DNA of 64,000 nucleotides from a virus (taxonomy: Duplodnaviria; Caudoviricetes). A model generated the notes under the pieces. The model ran no database searches, had not been told where the DNA came from, and saw nothing but the letters and a program-made list of their open reading frames with translations. The DNA lies in the IMG/VR virus record IMGVR_UViG_3300043432_000484, positions 1 through 64,000 of that record. One strand, given 5' to 3'. How positions within the stretch are numbered: position 1 is the stretch's first letter; each line of letters begins with the position of its first letter. A program made the translations under genes and the position numbers. Of the stretch, positions 37,287-45,643 are shown in pieces.

Positions 37287-37556
37287 TTACTTCGTGAACG
37301 CCGCCAAAGCTGTCTCAACTTCGGTCAGCTCCTGATCCAGGGTCTGGATCATAGACTCTAGGGAGCCTTGGACCCGGTCCCGCTCCTGGGTGATCTTCTT
37401 GGGATCAAACCCCGCTTCTCGGATTTCCTGCACGATGGCCTTCAGCTCATCCTGCTTGGCCTGCAGCTGCCCTGCTACACCGGCTTTCTTCTGCACCACA
37501 GCACTGTGCCGGCGCTGAAGCTCCTCTATTTTGCGTTGAATCTCTTGTTCGTCCAT
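37287..37556 (-). CDS. Small coiled-coil protein
   Basis: 89 aa with heptad pattern and central GFDP turn. Confidence 0.7.
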   Translation of the reverse strand: MDEQEIQRKIEELQRRHSAVVQKKAGVAGQLQAKQDELKAIVQEIREAGFDPKKITQERDRVQGSLESMIQTLDQELTEVETALAAFTK

Positions 37557-37569
37557 AGGTCCTCGTTGG

Positions 37570-38472
37570 TCAGAAACTGACTCCCCCGTCCTCTACACCG
37601 CGCTGAATGTCATCCGCGATTTCCTCTTTGCGATCTTTCGAAAGGAAGCGCTGGCCCTCGGGGCACACCTCCAGATAGCGGCAAAACTTGCAACCGCTGG
37701 TCTTGGGGGACGCAGGGAACACCTTCTCCGGTTCAGCCCCGTTCAAAATGTCTCGGTTGGCTTGCTCAATGGTACCGATCATCTGAAGCACCGACGATTT
37801 CAACACGTTCAAAGCGTCAGGAGTGGTCTGTGTCCAATCCAGGCTATTCTCCGGCTCGTATCTCCAATACAAGAAGCCTAGGCGATCAGGGATGGACCCG
37901 AGCTTGAGCCAATGCAGCATCGCGTACCAGCGCAGCTGACGATGGTTCGTGTATTGGTCGCGATGCCTAGAGCCCTTTCCGTCGATGATGACTCGATCCC
38001 CATGAGGCTTCACCCTGGTCATCACGAAATCCGCGCGTCCAGCAATCTTGTGCCCGTCTACGATGGTATCCAAGACCACTTCAGCTTGGGCATCAGTACC
38101 GAGCAGCCGATGGTGCCGAATGCTTCGAAGCCCCCGATGGACCGTCTCGATGACCTCTCCTTCAACCTCCTTGATCGAACGTGTGCCCTCCTTCAAGCCC
38201 TTCTCTTTCCAATCGAAGGTTCCTCCCTTGCGGATCTCATTCGTGATGACCTTCTGAATGGTGGGCTTGACCAGGGCCAACATGCGAGCGGTGGTGTTGG
38301 CCTTCCAAAGACCATCGTTGTAGAAGGCTTGGTACAGGATTCCGACTGCTTCCCCGTAGAGCATATGGACCCTGTTGTCGAGCTTGGTCACTTGGGTCTT
38401 GGCGATGTACTGATGGTAGTAAGCTCGCAAACAGTCGTTGGCCAGATCGTACCCTGAGTATGAGATGTACAT
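37570..38472 (-). CDS. PD-(D/E)XK nuclease, Cas4/AddB-like with a 4-Cys cluster
   Basis: ISYS...C, GRAD, IIDGK, QLRWYA, CKFCRYLEVC. Confidence 0.8.
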   Translation of the reverse strand: MYISYSGYDLANDCLRAYYHQYIAKTQVTKLDNRVHMLYGEAVGILYQAFYNDGLWKANTTARMLALVKPTIQKVITNEIRKGGTFDWKEKGLKEGTRSIKEVEGEVIETVHRGLRSIRHHRLLGTDAQAEVVLDTIVDGHKIAGRADFVMTRVKPHGDRVIIDGKGSRHRDQYTNHRQLRWYAMLHWLKLGSIPDRLGFLYWRYEPENSLDWTQTTPDALNVLKSSVLQMIGTIEQANRDILNGAEPEKVFPASPKTSGCKFCRYLEVCPEGQRFLSKDRKEEIADDIQRGVEDGGVSF

Positions 38473-38476
38473 GCTA

Positions 38477-39451
38477 TCAACCCTCCCTGGCCTGGGCCAA
38501 GTACCTCAAAGCGAAGTCCCGGACCTCGGAGGCGAAGTCCAGGGACCTGATGTTGTCGTCGATAGACAGAGCAGAGTCGAAGTTAGTGTCCGCCTGAAGA
38601 CGCTCCAAGAACGAGTCCATACTTCTGGTCTCAGCCTCGGCGCGCTCCTTGCGCTCCAAATCGAACACGTCAGAAGCTGGGGCTACGATCAGCGGGATAG
38701 TCTGAATCAAAGGGCCGGTGCTCTCAAACTCGATCAGAGAAACTTGGGGCACGCGCGAGGTGTTCTCGTGAGTCAGTGCCCCCCGGCTCACCGCCCCTTG
38801 GTTTACGAACTGCTTGCCCTTGACGCTGACAATACCTTGGTCCCTATGCCAATGACCGAAAGCCCACACGTCCGGGCCATCCTCGGTGACCAAATCAGCG
38901 TATCGAAATACGGGCTCCCCGAAAAAATCCTCCACTTTGGCGGGAGGGTTCTCCGCAGCCAGAGCGTGTACAATGGCCACCAAGAAGTCGTCTCCCGGCT
39001 TCTTCTGAATGGCCAGCAGTTCCTCTCTCGTTCTACGCGGGTGGTAAGGAACCCCAACGACCCTGACCTGTAGATCCCCGTCCTTGAACACTGTTTCTCT
39101 TAGGCGTTCAAATACCCCGCACCCATACAGTACTCCGAGTGGTTGGCGCTCTATGCTATCCAGGTTGTTGTACTGCATGTCATGGTTGCCCTCTGCACCA
39201 TACACGGGACACGGATACTGTTTGTGGATGGCCGCCGTCTTGTAGATGAGACCATGACTATTGCGGCTAGCAGCCTTCACATGGAAATAGTCCCCGCCAT
39301 CCAGGACCGCAGTTGCATCCATGTCTTTGGCGAATCGACCAATCTGCTCCAAGTTGGACCAGATCTCCTCAGGGTAGTCCCCCTTCCAAGACGCCGGGCT
39401 CCTATCAGCTACGTGTGTGTCCGTTCTGAAGATGAATCCTACCCTAGGCAT
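38477..39451 (-). CDS. sbcD: SbcD/Mre11-like metallophosphoesterase nuclease
   Basis: DTH, GGDYFH, GNHD, GHWH motifs; start ATG 39451. Confidence 0.85.
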   Translation of the reverse strand: MPRVGFIFRTDTHVADRSPASWKGDYPEEIWSNLEQIGRFAKDMDATAVLDGGDYFHVKAASRNSHGLIYKTAAIHKQYPCPVYGAEGNHDMQYNNLDSIERQPLGVLYGCGVFERLRETVFKDGDLQVRVVGVPYHPRRTREELLAIQKKPGDDFLVAIVHALAAENPPAKVEDFFGEPVFRYADLVTEDGPDVWAFGHWHRDQGIVSVKGKQFVNQGAVSRGALTHENTSRVPQVSLIEFESTGPLIQTIPLIVAPASDVFDLERKERAEAETRSMDSFLERLQADTNFDSALSIDDNIRSLDFASEVRDFALRYLAQAREG

Positions 39452-40677
39452 GCTGTTAGCTCCTGATTCTGATGTGGAGCTTGAAACCCCTGCTTGCATG
39501 TTGGGCAGACCCCCATGGCCCTAAAACCTGCCAGTACGTCCTCTTCCTCCTTGGAGACTGCAGCCAAGGATTGCCTCAAGGCAGCTTCTGAACTGGCCAA
39601 GCTAGTCACCTTAGACTGCCAGCCCACCAACCGCTTGAACTCAGTCTGAAGGTCCTTGAGAGGCCCTATTGCAGGAGGCTGCGCACTTTCAGTTGCTTTG
39701 ACTCTCTCGAAGAACCCCTTCAAGGCTCCAACTTGAGCTGCCCAACGAACTAGGTTCTTGTACCCCTTACCGAGCTGGCCAAATGATTCCAGGTCTGGAA
39801 TCCCCACGTCAGTGATCTTCGACAGGACAGACACCGAGGACATTCTATCCTTCAGTTGTTTGTCCAGGGTTGATAGCTTGCGGATCTGAGCCCCCAGCCC
39901 AACAGCCTGGGACACATCGGGAGCGACCAACTGTGTCACCCCTGAGAGAGCCTTGATCCCGCGTGCCACCGAGGTCAGGGACTCGACGAATTGACTCAGT
40001 CTAGCAGCCTGCAACTCCAACTGGTCAACCTTGGCTTCCAGGGCGCTGACGTCCTTCACTCTTAGAAGAACAGAATCCAGATCGGTATACCGATCCAATG
40101 CCAGTTGGATGTCAGAAATGTCCCTCTCCCGGACCTTACGGGTGGATGCCGCTTCCTTGCGGTCTTTCTCGACTAACCTACTGGCTACGTTGATCTGGTC
40201 GAGCTTAGCGACGTCCGATAGGACATCAGCCACAGCCGTACCTGACTTGTTCATCAAGAAGGGAGGGTCAAACTGATCGGCCACCTGAAGGAGTTCGCGT
40301 TCCCCGTTGCCGGTGCCCACCAAACCAAACCCGGGTCCAAGGAACTCTGGGGTGCCACGCCCAACAACCGTGTGTTCTACCGAGTTGTGCACGTAGCGAT
40401 TCACGGAGTCCCCCTTTTCCCAAAGGAGGTCTAATCCATCGCCCACTATGCGAACTGAGCAGAAACATTTACAGGTCTTGGACCCCTTGACTGTCCTGGG
40501 GCAGTCAGTGCTATGGCGCACGCAACTATCGGCAGGAGCGCCAGTGAGCGCGGCCTTGATGGCCCGAACAATGGCGCTCTTACCGATGTTGCTTCTCCCG
40601 GCCACGGCTGAGAAGCCATCGATCTCGATGACCTCATCAACCATGGATTGGAAGTTCTTGATCTCGACGCGGACCAT
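39439..40677 (-). CDS. SbcC/Rad50-like ATPase, N-terminal half ending in a zinc hook
   Basis: IKNFQS, Walker A GRSNIGKS, Q-loop, coiled coil, terminal CPTC. Confidence 0.85.
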   Translation of the reverse strand: MVRVEIKNFQSMVDEVIEIDGFSAVAGRSNIGKSAIVRAIKAALTGAPADSCVRHSTDCPRTVKGSKTCKCFCSVRIVGDGLDLLWEKGDSVNRYVHNSVEHTVVGRGTPEFLGPGFGLVGTGNGERELLQVADQFDPPFLMNKSGTAVADVLSDVAKLDQINVASRLVEKDRKEAASTRKVRERDISDIQLALDRYTDLDSVLLRVKDVSALEAKVDQLELQAARLSQFVESLTSVARGIKALSGVTQLVAPDVSQAVGLGAQIRKLSTLDKQLKDRMSSVSVLSKITDVGIPDLESFGQLGKGYKNLVRWAAQVGALKGFFERVKATESAQPPAIGPLKDLQTEFKRLVGWQSKVTSLASSEAALRQSLAAVSKEEEDVLAGFRAMGVCPTCKQGFQAPHQNQELTACLG

Positions 40678-40680
40678 TGG

Positions 40681-41967
40681 TTACTCCGCGTTTACTTCAT
40701 CCTCGATCGAAACCACTTCCTCTGAGACCTCTTCCACGCTTCCGGCCGCCGACGAATCGTCAAGGTCGAATCCCTCAAGCAGCTCGTCATCCTCGCCGAT
40801 GTCATCTCCTGCATCCACAGCAGCAGCGTTTACCGATTGAGCCAGCTGTGTACGAAGAGTGTCATACACCTTGGGGTTCTCGATCAGGTACTTGCGCAGC
40901 TTGTCCTTACCCTGGAACCGAGCATCCTTCAGGGTGTAGTAGGCACCGTCACGGCGAATGACCTTGTGGACCACTCCGGTCTCGATGACCGAGTAGTAAT
41001 CGTCAATACCCACGCCATAACGAATGAAGATCTGAGTAGAGTGGCCCTGCTTTGCGTCCACCTTGGACTTCACGATCTTGACGTCCGTAACGTTGCCATA
41101 CGGGAACCGGCGCTTCTTTCCCGTCATCGTGTCTTTGCGCTCGATGAACTCGGACTTGATGCGTGAGGACCGCATGCGGAGGTAGGCGTAGAACTTGAGA
41201 GCCTTTCCGCCTGACGTGTTCTCATCTCCACCGTGCCCGCCACCGCTGGTCTGAATCAAAGCGCGCGTCTGGTTGATGAACACCAGGGCCGTACCAGGAT
41301 GTGAAGGATCGGATTTCTCCTTCTCCCCAGGGACCATCGGATGCTTCTGCAGCCAGGTCACAAACTTCGGCAGCACCATGGAGAACTGGCGAGCCACTGC
41401 ACCGATCTTGGCCGCATCATCGAAGCCCTTGATCAGCTCGTCCTTGGGCACCATCGCCGCTACCGAGTCGACGCCGATGATATCGAAGCCCGTTAGGATT
41501 CCGATGTACATCTGCTTGAAGCCATCCTCCATGCTGTCAGGCTGAAGAACCAGCAGCTTGTTGACGTCGTAATCCAGACCCAGAGCCTTCGCGTAGTTGT
41601 GATCCAAACTGTGCTCGAAGTCGATGAACATGGCCGCGCCCCCGGCCTTTTGAGCCTGGACCATGGCGGAGATCAACAGGGTGGTCTTGCCACTTGACTC
41701 AGGCCCGTAGAGTTCAGTGATGCGGCGGCGCGGGAAACCCGGGCAGATTGGCCCCTTCCCATCCTTAGCCGGAGTGCCACCGATCAGCATGTCCACCGGG
41801 AAAGACCCCGTGGAGATGTGACCCATTGTGGTGGCCCCTGGCTGCAAGGGCTTGGACCCGGTGGTCTTGAGGATCATCGCTCTCGCCTTAGCGAAGATCG
41901 CGTCCCGGTTTGGAGCTGCTTTTTTCTTGTCGTCAGTCTTCTTATCGTCGGCCATAACCTGCCTCAT
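40681..41967 (-). CDS. recA: RecA recombinase
   Basis: ISTGS, ELYGPESSGKTT, FIDFEH, VDSVAAM, INQ, GGKALKFYA; start may be ATG 41955. Confidence 0.95.
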   Translation of the reverse strand: MRQVMADDKKTDDKKKAAPNRDAIFAKARAMILKTTGSKPLQPGATTMGHISTGSFPVDMLIGGTPAKDGKGPICPGFPRRRITELYGPESSGKTTLLISAMVQAQKAGGAAMFIDFEHSLDHNYAKALGLDYDVNKLLVLQPDSMEDGFKQMYIGILTGFDIIGVDSVAAMVPKDELIKGFDDAAKIGAVARQFSMVLPKFVTWLQKHPMVPGEKEKSDPSHPGTALVFINQTRALIQTSGGGHGGDENTSGGKALKFYAYLRMRSSRIKSEFIERKDTMTGKKRRFPYGNVTDVKIVKSKVDAKQGHSTQIFIRYGVGIDDYYSVIETGVVHKVIRRDGAYYTLKDARFQGKDKLRKYLIENPKVYDTLRTQLAQSVNAAAVDAGDDIGEDDELLEGFDLDDSSAAGSVEEVSEEVVSIEDEVNAE

Positions 41968-42608
41968 TTTGGTAGCTGTGAGAATCTAAAAAACCTCTGG
42001 CGTTCCTTGAACATCGCTCCCGAGTACACGATCTGTCCTTCACGTTTTCCTTTCGTGAAGGTGTGCACTTTGGCGAACGCCTGATACTCAGAAGGTGTCA
42101 GGTCCTCTACACGGAGTTCGTTTCTCAACAACATCCAGAAGCGACCTGTGAATTTTGCAACATGATAAGCGTCAGCCTCGTCAGCGTTCCACCGTGGGAC
42201 CCCGGTTTCTGCCTTAGCAACGTCGATCATGTCGCTCTTGAACATCTTTCCTTTGCGGAGCTTTGGGTCCACTTTGGTCAGCATCTTGACCGTGACGGGA
42301 TCAAAGTACACAACGTCCTTGCGCCTACTCCAGATGGCCTCGTTCAGCATTGCAAACAAAGCGTATGCACCGGGAGACCACTGCTCTCCAAAGGTTGGGG
42401 ATTCCACCCCAACCGCCTCAATGAGCAGGTACGTGTCCAGTAGGGTCTTCAACTCTTCGCGCAGTTGTACGTAGCGCTCAACCCACACCGTTTTAGGCGA
42501 AGTTGACCACCTGCCTTTGGCGAATACTCTTCGTTGACCGACGCCGGACGAATCGAAGACGCACCAACCAAAGCCAGTCAGGGACGGGTCTAAACCTAGG
42601 GTGATCAT
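41964..42608 (-). CDS. ruvC: RuvC-like Holliday junction resolvase
   Basis: LGLDPSLTGFG, VGVE, DEADA; start ATG 42608. Confidence 0.8.
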   Translation of the reverse strand: MITLGLDPSLTGFGWCVFDSSGVGQRRVFAKGRWSTSPKTVWVERYVQLREELKTLLDTYLLIEAVGVESPTFGEQWSPGAYALFAMLNEAIWSRRKDVVYFDPVTVKMLTKVDPKLRKGKMFKSDMIDVAKAETGVPRWNADEADAYHVAKFTGRFWMLLRNELRVEDLTPSEYQAFAKVHTFTKGKREGQIVYSGAMFKERQRFFRFSQLPK

Positions 42609-42653
42609 TGGATGGAACAGGGGCGCGGTGTTACCCACGCCCCTGCCTTCAGA

Positions 42654-43559
42654 TCACACGCTGTCGAGCATCTCTTGGAAGTTGTCCGATGAGATGTCGT
42701 CCGCGCCGGACGCGCCGCCGCCTGACGATCCGCCACCACCCAGGCCGAGCTTGGCGCGCAGTTGATCCGTGGTCAGCTCTCGGAAGGGAGACAGCTTGTC
42801 ATACATGGCAGCAGCTGCCGTAAGCACGACCTGCTTGATCTGCTCGTTCTTCTGCCAGACCGCGGGACCGGCAGTGGATACGGCCATGTTCTGAAACTGG
42901 GGGTTCTCGCACTCGATCTTGAAGTCCTGAGAACTCAGGGACAGTCCGTTCTCGCGCAGCCCGTCATTCAGCTTCCAGATCGACTCGTAGACCTTGTTTC
43001 CGAAGCGCCAGGGGATGAGCTTCGGCTTGTTCTGCTTGATCTGCGCCGCGAAGTTCTCGCGGTTCAGAGCACCCTCACTGTCCGTGGGGTACACGAGCAA
43101 GAGCGTGATGAAGTACGGCTTGGCGTCATTCAAACGCTTCCACACGGCATCAGCTTCGGCGCCATCCTTGCCGAGACGAGAGAGCACGAATCCGATGCCC
43201 TCCTGATAGTGAGCCTTCTGGGCCTTGAAGTGAGCCTTCGAGATGTCCAGGCGATCGGCTGCCGTCAGCTGATCCACCGTCTTCTTCAGTTCCTCGGCAC
43301 GCTTGTTAAGAGCGCCCTTGGCGATGACGGCAATCTCTTCACGAGAAAGCTTCTTGCCAGACTTCTGGGACGCCTTCATAGCATCCTGAACCGCGTTGGC
43401 GTCGACCGTGTAGAAGTTCACGAAAGCGGCCCGAAGGACCTGACCTTTCTGGGTCATCTTCAACCAGTCTTGCTTGTTTCCGCCGACGTTCTTCTGGTCC
43501 GGCTCCAGGCTTACGTCATCGCTGAAATCGTATTCTGTTGTGTATTCCTCAGTTGACAT
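42654..43559 (-). CDS. Putative single-stranded DNA-binding protein
   Basis: Highly biased codons, Gly-rich linker and acidic C-terminal tail, next to recA/ruvC. Confidence 0.55.
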   Translation of the reverse strand: MSTEEYTTEYDFSDDVSLEPDQKNVGGNKQDWLKMTQKGQVLRAAFVNFYTVDANAVQDAMKASQKSGKKLSREEIAVIAKGALNKRAEELKKTVDQLTAADRLDISKAHFKAQKAHYQEGIGFVLSRLGKDGAEADAVWKRLNDAKPYFITLLLVYPTDSEGALNRENFAAQIKQNKPKLIPWRFGNKVYESIWKLNDGLRENGLSLSSQDFKIECENPQFQNMAVSTAGPAVWQKNEQIKQVVLTAAAAMYDKLSPFRELTTDQLRAKLGLGGGGSSGGGASGADDISSDNFQEMLDSV

Positions 43560-43732
43560 GGTAACGTTTTTTCCTCTAATTGGGCTGCCTCAACAACAAG
43601 TGCCATTTTAGGCTGGATGCTGAGGTCAGCAGTTTCGGTTGACAGTCTAGGTATACAGTGCCTGGGGCGTAGAGCCTATTGGCGGGTAGAACAGGGACTG
43701 CCAAGTTCCTCTACACCATTCGTACAAAAGGA

Positions 43733-44527
43733 TTACAGTCCCTCTAGCAGCGACATAAAGTCGTCTTCTTCGGGGGCTGGTTTAGATGGAGGAGCCGTTA
43801 CGACGTCCACCAAAGTATCGGAGCCAGAAAGGAACCTAAGAGCTGCGGCTTCATCCCCCTCTTCGGGTACGGTGGGGGACTCAGAAGAAACCTCTGGCTG
43901 CACAGGAGCAGCCTCGGTTTCGACTCCGGGCGCCTCCCCTTCTGGAGTGGGATCAGCCATCATCTGGGCCAATTCCTCAGCGCTGACATCATCGGTCACC
44001 ATGGACCGGCTGCGCATTGGATCCCGCCCAGCAGTATCCGTTCTCTCGTCGCCATAGAATCCGCCACTCCGGATCTCGGCACTCATGAGCTTGCTCTGAT
44101 CCTTGATGGCGGTCATCGTGGCGTGAAGCTCGCGATTCCGGTACGACACGACCTTGTATACAGAATCAAGGGAGTGCATGCGCGCCTTGAATTCGTTGAT
44201 CGCAGTCCGCTGTTCCCTTAGGCGGTACCCAACTGCTGACTTCCGATCCTCGATGCTGTCCAGGTTCTTGATCTCGGGTTCATTGGTCAAGAGGTTGTCG
44301 TAGTCCAGGGCGTAGAGGGCCTCCAGTCTGCGCAGCTCACCGCTGACCAACAAGCGCTCCCTGTTCAGCTCGTTCAGGACCAGCCCAACGCGATTGAGGA
44401 AGTTCCGGCAAACGGCGATGTGGTCTCGGAAGTATTGCGGCCCCAAAGATGTCGGGTCAGGGACCAGCTCCAGAACGTAACCGTCCATCTCTTTGAAGAT
44501 GGCGTCGACTCTCTCTTCGGTCAGCAT
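43733..44527 (-). CDS. Hypothetical helical protein (possible recombination mediator, UvsY-like)
   Basis: Coiled-coil core with acidic tail ending DDFMSLLEGL. Confidence 0.55.
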   Translation of the reverse strand: MLTEERVDAIFKEMDGYVLELVPDPTSLGPQYFRDHIAVCRNFLNRVGLVLNELNRERLLVSGELRRLEALYALDYDNLLTNEPEIKNLDSIEDRKSAVGYRLREQRTAINEFKARMHSLDSVYKVVSYRNRELHATMTAIKDQSKLMSAEIRSGGFYGDERTDTAGRDPMRSRSMVTDDVSAEELAQMMADPTPEGEAPGVETEAAPVQPEVSSESPTVPEEGDEAAALRFLSGSDTLVDVVTAPPSKPAPEEDDFMSLLEGL

Positions 44528-44580
44528 GCCTAGCCCCTACACCAGGGGCGTCGATAGTCGTTCAATGCCAAACGCTTTAT

Positions 44581-45309
44581 ATGCCCGACTCAGCCCCCAT
44601 TCGCGTGGCAGCCCGTTACCTGAGGGCGCAAGAGGACGCCGCTGCCCTTGAAGCAATGGCTGACCACGTAGCAGACCTGTTTCTGGATGCTTTGGCGGAA
44701 GAAAAGTTCACAGGTAAAGATGTTGCGCAGGCTTTTGGTCAGGCTGGCATCACGGCTGGGGACATCAACAAGCTGCTACCAAGTGCCAAGACGGCTGGTC
44801 TGGCAGAGTTCGGGACCAAGCTCAAGATTCTTGGCGGCTTGGTTCTTGAGGGGCTATGGCACGCGCTGATCCACCCCTTCCTGGCTTTGGGCAAGTTGTT
44901 CGTATCAGCCCAGTTCCGGAAGGAGGTGAAAGCAGCTTTCCGTAGAGCCCTGAGCCATGAGGTTCGTTCCACCCGTCACATGCTGAGCGTGGCAGGTCGC
45001 TTGGCTCGTAGGGAAGAGGTGAATCCTCAGGAGACCAAGGCGGCTCTGCATCAGATGACTGACATACTCAGCAAAGCCGTACTGGTCTATTTTGCTGGCC
45101 CTTCTGTGGCTCATTTGTTCTCCGGTGGTATCTGGAAAGCGTTCGTCACCCTCCTATCTCCCATCGATGAGATCATGGTCATCCTACTCGACAGGCCGTT
45201 GAGGGCCGTTGCCAAGAAGCTGATGAACGCGGACATAGGATTGCTCCCATCCGGATTCTACACGCACTTCTCTAAATCAGCCCAACAGTCTCAAACAACG
45301 CTCGATTGA
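44581..45309 (+). CDS. Hypothetical protein with N-terminal RVAARYL motif (candidate internal head protein)
   Basis: Opposite strand; late-type motif 14 nt upstream; AKTAG site; hydrophobic segments. Confidence 0.7.
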   Translation: MPDSAPIRVAARYLRAQEDAAALEAMADHVADLFLDALAEEKFTGKDVAQAFGQAGITAGDINKLLPSAKTAGLAEFGTKLKILGGLVLEGLWHALIHPFLALGKLFVSAQFRKEVKAAFRRALSHEVRSTRHMLSVAGRLARREEVNPQETKAALHQMTDILSKAVLVYFAGPSVAHLFSGGIWKAFVTLLSPIDEIMVILLDRPLRAVAKKLMNADIGLLPSGFYTHFSKSAQQSQTTLD

Positions 45310-45640
45310 AGGCTCGGAACGAGCACTGCTCGGTGAGCATACTTTCTGGGGCTACCCACTGGACCATGGAAGATTCTCGCGCTCGGGGCACCCCCTCCCA
45401 TTCCGTGACCAAGAAGGTGTGGACATAGTACCCGCACCCATCATCACACTCAAAGACATGGATCATACTGATAACGCGGATCCCTGTCTCCTCTAGCGTT
45501 TCCCTGATGGCTGCCTCCTCACAAGACTCCCCTGGGTCCAGCTTGCCTCCGGGCAGGCCGATGTCAGCGTGATCGTCCAACCTAGATACGGACAGGACTT
45601 GCCCTCGATCAATGATCAACGTAGTTGCGGCTTTTCTCAT
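45272..45640 (-). CDS. Nudix hydrolase
   Basis: Nudix box GKLDPGESCEEAAIRETLEETG. Confidence 0.9.
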   Translation of the reverse strand: MRKAATTLIIDRGQVLSVSRLDDHADIGLPGGKLDPGESCEEAAIRETLEETGIRVISMIHVFECDDGCGYYVHTFLVTEWEGVPRARESSMVQWVAPESMLTEQCSFRAFNRALFETVGLI

Positions 45641-45643
45641 GGC

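Noticed and set aside
44533-44549. N4-like hairpin promoter (GCCCCT-GGTGT-AGGGGC)
   Set aside because: Other GGTGTA copies lack flanking inverted repeats, so the hairpin is not a general feature.
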